A stretch of 64,000 nt of DNA from Azolla caroliniana (taxonomy: Eukaryota > Plantae > Polypodiophyta), in contig JBHGNT010000003.1 in NCBI GenBank assembly GCA_043228905.1, forward strand, positions 9,486,001-9,550,000. The letters are read 5' to 3'. Position numbers and translations under genes: made by a program. Of the stretch, positions 10,501-20,265 are shown one piece after another (position 1 is the first letter of the stretch; every line of letters starts with the position of its first letter). The notes beneath the pieces were generated by a model. That model was not told where the DNA came from, did not search any database, and worked only from the letters and a program-made list of their open reading frames with translations.

Positions 10501-13342
10501 CTGAGTCCACGCTTCATCATCCTCTACCTGGGCCGGTTCAGGCTCACTAGCCTCATCCACCGGCATCGGGTTAGAATCGGAAGTCGGAGTCAGTAAGGAA
10601 TACCATGATGCCAATTCATCGAACTCGACATCTAAACTAACTCTGACCTGCTTTGTCCGGGGGTTATACCACTTATAACCCTTTTGCTCTTGAGCATAGC
10701 CAATAAGGATTCATTTTTTCGATTTTGCATCCAGCTTCCTCTGCTTCTCATCCGGTACATGCACATATGCATTGCTGCCGAAGATCTTAAGTGTCTCAAA
10801 TTCGGCTTGCGTCCGAAATACAGCTCGTGAGCTGACACCTTGTCACCGATCCGGTTCTGGATGTAGACAACCGTTTGGACTGCCTCCACCCAGTAGAATT
10901 TGGGCATGCTCTTCTCCTCCAGCATTGCCCTTGCTGCATCAATAAGCGACCGGTTCTTCCTTTCGGCAACACCATTCTGTTGCGGTGTGTATCTGCAACT
11001 GAACTCTCGCTGAATTCCCGTTTGTTGCAGATAACTGTTGAATTGGCTGGAAAAGTACTCTTTTCCGCCATCCGACCGCAGGCATTTGATCTTCCTCTCC
11101 GATTCCCGTTCCACCATGCTTTGGAGACTCCGGAAACACTCGAAGACTTCACTCTTCCGCTCAATGAGGTAGATCCATGTGTGTCGTGTATAGTCGTCGA
11201 TGAGGGAGACGAAATATCGACTCCCGCCAAGACTAACATTCTGTGTCGGTCCCCACACATCCGAATGGATAAGGTCGAGCTTGTTACGGCTCCGGTTACG
11301 TTCTGTAGGGAATGGAAGCCGATGTTGCTTCCCGAGTTGGCAGGCGTCACATAGTTGGGCCTTTTGACCGCTGAGCTTCGGCAAACCGAAAACAACTTGT
11401 TTCGCTTGCAGGTCTTGAAGCCTTCGGTAATTGACGTGGCCTATCCGCTTGTGCCACAAGTCGGTGTCTGATTCGACCTTCTATCCTTTTGCAAACAGAG
11501 CGGTGTCGACGTCATTGGTATTGAGGATAAACATCCTCCCGTCTCTGCGCCCTTGCGTAATAATCTGGCCCTCGTCCTCGATGAAGCACCCGAGGTGCGT
11601 AAACCGCACCTGCATCCCCTAGTCGACGATCTATCCGACCGACACCAGGTTCTTCGTTATTTTTGGAGCGTGTAATACATTCATCAGCTTCCCCTTCTGT
11701 CCGATGTGGCTCAAAGGGACCTCTCCGACGTGCACGATTGGGTGAGGAGTGTCGTCTCCGGTTTCGACTACTCCTGGTTAATTTGGTTTCTCCAAGAAGG
11801 AGAACCACTCTCTGTGGCTCGTCATGTGGTTCGACTCACCAGAATCAACATACCTCACTTCCTCTGATTTGGAAGTGGTCTTCTTCATCGAGTTCGCCTC
11901 GTGCTTCATCACCAAGGCTGGCCCGTTACCATTCTTGGATCCTCCCAATCCCCTCGCGTAGTGCGAGCTTTGCCGTCCATCCTTGCCAACCTTGCCGGAT
12001 CCGGATTTGTCCGAATCGGTGCGTTTTCTCCAGCACTCGCTCTCTCTGTGGCCCTTTTTGCCACAGTACTAGCATTCCGTTGCAGTCTTCTCTTGCCGCC
12101 ATGACTCCCCCTGCTCTCAGAGGGTCTGAAACTACTATCGGTATGATCTTTGTGCCTTTGTTCCTGGTCTTGCCGGCAGCCTCCATTGCGTGCCAACCCG
12201 CCTCGTCCACCATGCCCACGAGATCGATCCGCTTCCGTATACAGCATCCGGTTGTCAATGGGTGCGCTAGTTGACGCACCGGCGTGGTTCTCCTCTACAA
12301 GGAGCATCGACTGTAAGTCGAAAAATGACGGCGTATTCTCCCTTGTACATACCGTCGTTCGGAACGCTCTGAACTTAGACGCCAGGCCCCCAAGTCAGAC
12401 CTGTACCATCTCGTCTTCCTCTACGGTAACGTTGATAGAGGCAAGCGAGTCACAGATCTCTTTGATCCGGGCCGTGTAATCCACCACTGACATGTCCTTC
12501 TGTCGGACATTGCTCAACTCCTGTCGGAGTTGCAGCTTCCAAGTTGTAGTGCTCGCAGTGAAAACATTCTTCAGGTTTCCCCAAACCTCCTTCGACGTCT
12601 TGGCATCGCGGATGTGGCTTAGCAGCTGGTCTCCGACACTGGACGCAAAGCCGTACATCACTCTGCTTGCCGATTGTTCCCACACTGGGAAATCCTAATG
12701 TGTCGCATCAGGTGTTGTTTCGTTGGCTCCTTCGACGAAACTCCAGTAGCCATGCCCAAGCAGGTATTGGTGCATCTTGTATGACCAAGATGCGTAGTTG
12801 GATCTGTCGAGTTTCTCCACAGGGAGTGAGCTAACCATTCCTCTATCCATCACTTCTCTGTCTGCTGTTCTTACGAGCTGTTAGGGCTTGCTTTCAAGCG
12901 TTTGTCGGCTGCAGAGGTTCTCAACCCTCGCGCTCTGATACCATGTAAAGGATTACTTGCGGAAGCATTAGAAAACAGAGAAAGCAGAGAATACACAGAG
13001 TACACGGGAGAGACAGAGAGAGCAGAACATAAAAGTTATATTCAAAAACGATATAAACACTCTATAGATACAATTGTGCTCAGTAGCACTATTTATACAA
13101 GTCCTCATGGGACTGACAAAAGTAACCCGTACTTCAATGCTCACACGAGCAACTGACACTTACTACAAGACTATAACTGCCTAATAATCTAAACTAATAC
13201 TAGGCTTCCGGTTACTGATTGGATCCGGCTAACCGGCTCTATTGCTTGCCGGCTCAGTTGCTCACCGGCTTACCGATCCATCTCGCTTGCCGGCTCAGGC
13301 TTATCCAGCCGATCCGGCTCCAGTTGAGCTTGCCGCTCAACA
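7567..13342 (-). mobile_element. Complete but degenerate Ty1/copia element 'copia C'
   Basis: 399-bp LTRs at 7567-7965 and 12944-13342 with about 28 differences by eye. TSD AAACT on both sides. PBS-Met at 12932-12943, PPT at 7966-7973. Fragmented gag/IN/RT/RH ORFs. Confidence 0.95.
8515..12851 (-). pseudogene. Copia C Gag-Pol broken by stops and frameshifts
   Basis: Fragments [45 protein letters not shown]. Confidence 0.88.
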
Positions 13343-13973
13343 AAACTCAACTTCTCATCGAGGTTAGGAACATGGGGGCATTCGGAGAGTTGAAATCGGA
13401 ACCTCTCGCACCCAAAGCGCGAATCATGCCACTAGATCAAATGCCCTTGTTAACCTACAACTTCGTTTTCAATTCTAACTCGAACGCCTCTCGTCGACAT
13501 TAGGAACGTGGCGGCATTCTGAGAATTGAAGTCAAGACCTCTCGCACCCAAAGCCAAAATCATGCCAATTGACCAAATGCCCTTGTTAACCTACGACTTC
13601 GTTTTCAGTTCGAACTCGAACACCTCTCGTCGAGGTTAGGAACGTGGGGGCATTCCAAGATTTGAACTCGAGACCTCTCGCACCCAAAGCGAGAATCATG
13701 CCACTAGACGAAATGTCGTTTTATGCTACTACTTCATTTTCAGTTCGAACTCAAACGCCTCTCATCGAGGTGAGGAATTATTAACCTATAACGTCGTCTT
13801 AAGTTCGAACTCAAACTCTCGTCGAGGTTAGGAATGTAGGGGCATTCCGAGAATTGAACTCAGGACCTCTCGCACGCAAAGTAGGAACCATGCCATTGAC
13901 GAAATTCCCTTGTTTACCTATGACTTCATTTTCAGTTCAAACTCAGATGCCTTTCATCGAGGTTAGGAACATG

Positions 13974-14045
13974 GGGGCATTCCGAGAATTGAACTCGGGA
14001 CCTCTCGCACTCAAAACGCGAATCATGCCACTAGACCAAATTCCC
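13974..14045 (-). pseudogene. tRNA-Pro-like copy, anticodon position reads TGA
   Basis: 72 nt with intact A and B boxes; mismatches in the anticodon and acceptor stems. Confidence 0.7.
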
Positions 14046-14109
14046 TTGTTACCCTACGACTTCGTTTTGACTTCTAACTTGAACACCTCTCATCGAGGTT
14101 AGGAATGTG

Positions 14110-14181
14110 GGGGCGTTCCGAGAATTGAACTCAGGATCTCTCGCACCCAAAGAGAGAATCATGCCACCTGACCAAACGCCC
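14110..14181 (-). tRNA. tRNA-Pro(UGG)-like copy with GGGCGTT/AACGCCC acceptor stem, probably a pseudogene
   Basis: 72 nt, anticodon loop TT-TGG-GT, acceptor stem fully paired; a few mismatches in the D, anticodon and T arms. Confidence 0.55.
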
Positions 14182-15477
14182 TTGTTAACCTACGAGTTCA
14201 TTTTCAGTTCGAACTCAGCCACTCGTCGAGGTTAGGAATGTGGGGGCATTCCAAGAAATGAACTCGGGACCTCTCGCACCCAAAGCGAGAATCATGCCAC
14301 TACACGAAATCCCCATTTAAGCTACTACTTCGTTTTCAGTTCGAACTCAAACGCCTCTCATCGAGGTTAGGAATTATTAACCTACAACTTCATCTTGAGT
14401 TCGAACTCAAGCTCAGCCTCTCGTCGAGGTTAGGAACGTGGGGGCATTCGGAGAATTGTAATCGGGACCTCTTGCACCAAAACCGAGAATCCTGCCAATA
14501 GACCAAATGCAGTTGTTCCTACAACTTCGTTTTTAGTTCGAACTCCAACTTAGCCTCTCATTGAGGTTAGGAACATGTGGGCATTCCGAGAATTAAACTT
14601 GGGACCTCTCGCACGCAAAGTAGGAACCATGCCACTAGACCAAATGCCCTTGTTTACCTACTGAAACGAGAATTGAACTCGGAACCTCTCACACCCAAAG
14701 CGAGTATCATGGCACTAGACCAAATGTCCTTGTTAACCTACAACTTCGTTTTCAATTCGAACCGGAACGCCTCTCATAGAGGTTAAGAACGTGAGGGTAT
14801 TTTGAGAATTGAACTCGGGACCCGTCGCACCCAAAGCGAGAATCATGGCACTAGAGCAAATGTCATTGTTAACCTACGACTTCGTTTTCAAAATTTGAAT
14901 TCATGAATATCTAGAAATATTGTCTTGTACATCAATATTTGGATTCGTGAATTTCTATAAATATTGGTGTTAGTCATTTTGGACATTCATTTGCAAGTGT
15001 GGCATGTCGTTTATTTCAGCCTTTTTTTGAACACCTAAATTTTCGTACACGTTGTAAATCAATAAATTTTTAAAAAACCTTTACGAACACGGCTTCCCTT
15101 TTTGGGAATCACCCTAAGTTGTGTCATTTGTTGATGGGCAGTTCTCAAATACAACATATTACCTATTTCAAATGTCCCCATGTTGTTAGTAATGTTCGGG
15201 AATTTCAAGAATTGAACCCAGGACCGCTCGCACCAAAAGCGAGAATCATACCACTAGACGAAAGTGAGAATCATGCCACTAGACCAAATGGCCTTGTTAA
15301 CCTACAACTTCGTTTTGAGTTCGAACTCAACCTCTCGTCGAGGTTAGGATCGTGGGATTTTGAGTTTGAAATCAAACGCCTTTCGTCGAGCTTACCAATT
15401 TCTAACCTACTACTTAGTTTACCTACGACTTCATTTTCAGTTTGAACTCAAACACCTCTCGTCGAGGTTAGGAACGT

Positions 15478-15549
15478 GGGGCATTCCGAGAATTGAACTC
15501 CAGACCTCTCGCACCCAAAGCGACAATAATGCCACTAGACCAAATGCCC
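15478..15549 (-). tRNA. tRNA-Pro(UGG)-like copy, probably a pseudogene
   Basis: 72 nt with perfect acceptor stem and A/B boxes; about 4 mismatches to the array consensus. Confidence 0.55.
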
Positions 15550-17941
15550 TTGTTAACCTACGACTTCGTTTTTAGTTCGAATTCAGGCGCCTCTCGTGGA
15601 GGTTAGTTATTGTTAACCTACAACTTTGTTTTGAGTTAGAACTCAAAGTCGGTCTCTCCTCGAGGTTAGGAACGTGGGGGCATTCGAAGAACTGAACTCT
15701 GGACCTCTCGCACCCAAAGCGAGAACCATGCCACTTGACGAAATGCACTTGTTAACCTACGACTTCGTTTTAAGTTTGAATTCAAAATCATAAATTATTC
15801 AAATTTTGACAACTGATCTCAAACTCCTCTAATAGAGGTAACTGAAGTGGGCCATTCCAAGCATTGAACTTGGAACTCTAAGCGAGAATCATGCCATTAG
15901 ACCATTGAATGTTAAAACTCCTAAATTAGTCATGTTTTGATAACCTAACTAAAAGGCATGTCGTCGAGGTTAGAAAAGTGTGGCATTTTGAAAAGTGAAC
16001 TCTGGACCTATCACACTAGAAGAAAGAGTTAGGCCACTAGACCAAACACTCTTGTGAATATTATAACTATGTTCAAATTCAAACTAGTCGCTTTTTGAAA
16101 ACTGAAATCAAAGACCTATTCTTATGTGTTTACAACCAAACTCAAACGCCTCTCATCGAGGTTAGCAAAGTTGGTTTGAAAACTGAAATCAAAGACCTAT
16201 TGTTATGTTTTTACAACCAAACTCAAACACCTTTCATCGAGGTTAGTAAAGTTGGGGCATTTCAAGAATTGAAGCTGGGACCTCTCGCACCCAAAGTGAG
16301 AATCATGCCAGTAGACCAAATGGCTTTTTAAATCTATAAATTTGTTTTTTTTAAAACTAAACTCAAGCGACTCTCATCAAGGTTAGGAAAGTTGGGGCAT
16401 TCCAAATTGAACTCATGACCTCTCGCACCCAAACGGAGAATCTTGCCACTAGACCAAATGCCCTTGTCAACCTACAACTTCGTTTTGAGTTCGAGCTCAA
16501 ATGCCTGTCGTCAAAGTTAGGAACGTGGGGTCATTCCGAGAATTGAACCAGGGACCTCTCGCACCAAAAGCGAGATTCATCCCACTCGACTAAATCTTCT
16601 TGTTAACCTACAACTTCGTTTTGAATTCTAACTCAAATGCCTCTCGTCCAGGTTAGAAACGTAGGGGCATTCCGAGAATTGAACACGGGACCTCTCACAC
16701 CAAAAGCGAGAATCATGCCCCTAGACCAAATGTCCTTGTTACCCTACGACTTCGTCAAACGCCTCTCGTCGAGGTTAGGAACGTGGGGTCATTCCGAGAA
16801 TTGAAATTGGGACCTCTTGCACCCAAAACGCATGTCGTAGAGGTTAGGAACGTGGAGGCATTCCGAGAATTGAACGCGGGACCTTTCGCACCCTAAGCGA
16901 GAATCATGCCACTAGAATAAATGTCCTTGTTAACCTACAATTTCGTTTTGATTTTGAATTCAAACACCTCTCGTGGAGGTTAGGAATTTGGGGGCATTCC
17001 GAGATTTTAACGCGGGATCTCTTACACCCTAAGAGAGAATCATGCCACTAGACCAAATGCCCTCATTAACACTATAAATATGTTCAAAATCATAAATTAT
17101 TCACATTTTGACAACTAATCTGAAACTCCTCTCATAGAGGTAACTGAAGTGGGGCATTCCAAGCATTGAACTTGGGACCCTAAACGAGAATCATGCAACT
17201 AGACCATTCAATGTTAAAAGTTCTAAATTTGTCATGTTTTTTATAACCTAACTACAAGGCACGTCGTCGGCGTTAGAAAAGTGGGGGCATATTGAGAAGT
17301 GAACTCCAGACCTCTCACACTTGAAGAAAGTATCATGCCACTAGAACAAACGCCCTTTGAATATTATGAGTATGTTCAAATCCAAACTAGTGGTTTTTTG
17401 AAAACTGAAATAAAAGACATATTGTTATGTTTTGACAACCTCAAACGCCTCTCGTCAAGGTTAGTAAACTTGGGGCATTCTGAGAATCAATCATGTCACT
17501 AGACCAAATGCCCTTGTCAATCTATGAATTTGTTTTTCTTTTTAAAGTGAAATCAAAGTTTGCCGCTCGTTGAGGTTAGGCAATTTGGGCATTCCGAATT
17601 GAACTCAGGACCTACAACGTCGTTTTGAGTTCAAACTCAAACGCCTCTAGTCGAGGTTAGGAAAGTGGGGGCACTCCGAGAATTGAACTCAGGTCCTCTC
17701 GCACCCAGAGCAAGCATCATGCCACTAGACCAAATGCCACGGTTGACTTACGACTTTGTTTTGAGTTTGAACTGAAACACCTCTCGTCGAGGTTAGGAAC
17801 GTGGGGCCATTCCGAGAAGTGTAATCGGGACCTCTCACACCCAAAGTGAGCATCATGCCACTAGACCAAATGCCCTGGTTGACCTACAACTTCGTTTTGA
17901 GTTCGAATTGAAAAATACCTCTCGTCAAGGTTAGGAACGTG

Positions 17942-18013
17942 GGGGCATTCTGAGAATTGAACTCGGGACCTGTCGCACCCTAAGAGAGAATCATGCCACT
18001 AGACCAAATGCCC
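17942..18013 (-). tRNA. tRNA-Pro(AGG)-like copy, probably a pseudogene
   Basis: 72 nt, anticodon loop TT-AGG-GT; mismatches in the anticodon stem. Confidence 0.5.
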
Positions 18014-19943
18014 TCATTAACATTACAGTTATATGTATTCAAAATCATAAATTATTCTCATTTTGACAACTGAACTCAAGCTCCTTTCATAGAGATAACT
18101 GAAGTGGGGCATTCCAAGCATTGAACTTGGGACCGTAAGCAAGAATCATGCCGCTAGACCCTTCAATGTTAAAAGTCCTAATAGTCATGTTTTGATCACC
18201 TAACAAAAAGGCCTATCATCGAGGTTAGAAAAGTGGGGCATTTTGAGAAGTGAACTCCAAACCTCTCACACTTGAAGAAAGAATCATGCCACTAGACCAA
18301 ACGCCCTTGTGAATATTATAATTTTGTTCAAATTCAAACTCGTCGTGTTTTGAAAACTGAAATCAAAGACCTATTCTTATGTTTTTACAACCAAACTCAA
18401 ACGCCTCTCATCGAGGTTAGTAAAGTTGGTTTGAAAACTGAAATCAAAGACCTATTGTCATGTTTTTACAACCAAACTCAAACACCTTTCCTTGAGGTTA
18501 GTAAAGTTGGGGCATTTCGAGAATTGACGTTGGGACCTTTCGCATCCAAAGCGAGAATCGTGTCAGTAGATCAAATGGCTTTGTAAATCTATGAATTTGT
18601 TTTTTTTAGAACTAAACTCAAACACCTCTCATCAACGTTAGGAAAGTGTGCGGAATAGCGCTCAACCACAATAGAGACTCAAACACTTTATGAAAGAACA
18701 AAAAAAAGAGAAATGGAGGTTCGTACACTTACACAGAAGAAGCGACACAAGATGTTTACGTGGAAAACCCTAATCGGGAAAAGCCACGAGAGCCCACAAA
18801 CTCCAACTATCACTATATGAGAAAGGAGGTACAACAGGAGACTCAGAGGCAATGACCTTGAGCTCTGTATCTTCGCCAACCGGCGGCTTCTCTTCTCTCT
18901 CTCTGTACAACTATGATACAACTAACAACAACAACTACTGAAGTGATTACCCTAACTCATATTTATACTTATGTGAATTTAGGACTATTTACAAATATAG
19001 CCTTTATAGGCACACTAGAAACATATTTGCAGATATGTTCTTGGATCCGATTCACACGGATACCTTCCGGTCCGGTCCGGTTGTTGCATCCGGTCCGGTT
19101 CCTTCCTTTGGTTCATCCGATCCGGCTCCTTCGGATCTCATCCGGATCCCTTCCGGAGGGACCAAATTCCCAACAAACTCCCCCTTCACTACGGCATGGG
19201 ATTTCTCGTTAGTCTGATCCGTCTCCAGCACGTGTCTAGTTTGTCGTCTAACAGCACCTTGGTCAACATATCCGACCCATTCTCCTCCGTGTGGATCTTC
19301 ATTAGCGTGAAGTCTTGATCTTCTACCTTCTCCCGGAGCCAGTGATATCTTCTCTGGATGTGCTTGTTCTGGGAATGGTAGGCCGCATTCTTAGCAAGGT
19401 GGATGGCACTTTGGTTGTCGCAATAGAGCCGGTATTCCTCCTGTCAGATCCCTACCTCTCCGATGAAGTCCTTCATCCAGATTACTTCCTTACCGTCTTT
19501 CACAACTACCATGTACTTTGCTTCCGTTGTTGACAGTGGAACGAACTTTTGTAGCCTCGACTGCCACGATACGGCTCCCCCTACATATGTCATGACATAT
19601 CCGGATGTGGACTGGCTCGTATACGCATCAGCCGACATATCTGAATCTGTAAAGCCTTCCAGTTGGGGTTTACCTGAGCCGAACCGGAGGCATATACTCG
19701 AGGTGGCTTTCAAGTACCGGAGTATCCACTTGACCGCGTTCCAATGTTATCTTCCCGGATTGCTCATGAATTGGTTGACCACTCCGACTGCGTATCCGAT
19801 ATCAGGTCGGTGTCAGGAACTCTATTAAGGCAGAGAAGGAATTAGTACTAAAAGAAGGATTAGTACTATTGTTGGGGAATAGTACTAAGATAGAGAAGGA
19901 TTAGTACTATGAGAGGTGTCGAACTTTGAGAGAAGGAATGAGT

Positions 19944-19983
<40 letters not shown>

Positions 19984-20265
19984 TGATGCGAAAGATATAT
20001 GTATTATATGACGGAAGATATACAACAGTAGTTAGAAGGCTTAAGACTGGCGTTGAACCGATTTGGTTCGAACTAATGCCTTGCGCCTCCTTTTATAGTG
20101 TCTTCAGGAATACTCCTGAAGTTTCTAGAATGTTCCAGAGAAATCTGGAATATACATCAATTTCCTAATAAAACCTAAATGAAAATAATATCCTTCAAAT
20201 TACAACTCATAACCTAATGGTAAAGTCTCGACCCGTGTAACAAAAGGTTATGGGTTCGAGTCTAG

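Larger units (their letters stand above)
13343..18646 (-). repeat. tRNA-Pro-derived tandem array, segment 2 (about 34 full or partial units, with higher-order structure)
   Basis: 72-nt tRNA-Pro-like bodies at about 136-bp period (e.g. 13375, 13511, 13647; 13974, 14110), separated by a conserved spacer of about 64 bp. Confidence 0.93.

Noticed and set aside
13343-18646. CRISPR-like appearance of regularly spaced palindromic repeats
   Set aside because: The intervening sequences are all tRNA-Pro homologs rather than unique spacers. There are no cas genes and the context is eukaryotic.
13343-18646. Short ORFs across the array (e.g. 13854-14102, 16095-16331, 18350-18586)
   Set aside because: Chance translations of the tRNA antisense strand and spacer.
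13343-18646. Dispersed tRNA-derived SINEs or retroposed CCA-tailed tRNAs
   Set aside because: Units are strictly tandem with no TSDs or tails. The 3' end reads GCCCCCA, one C short of discriminator plus CCA.
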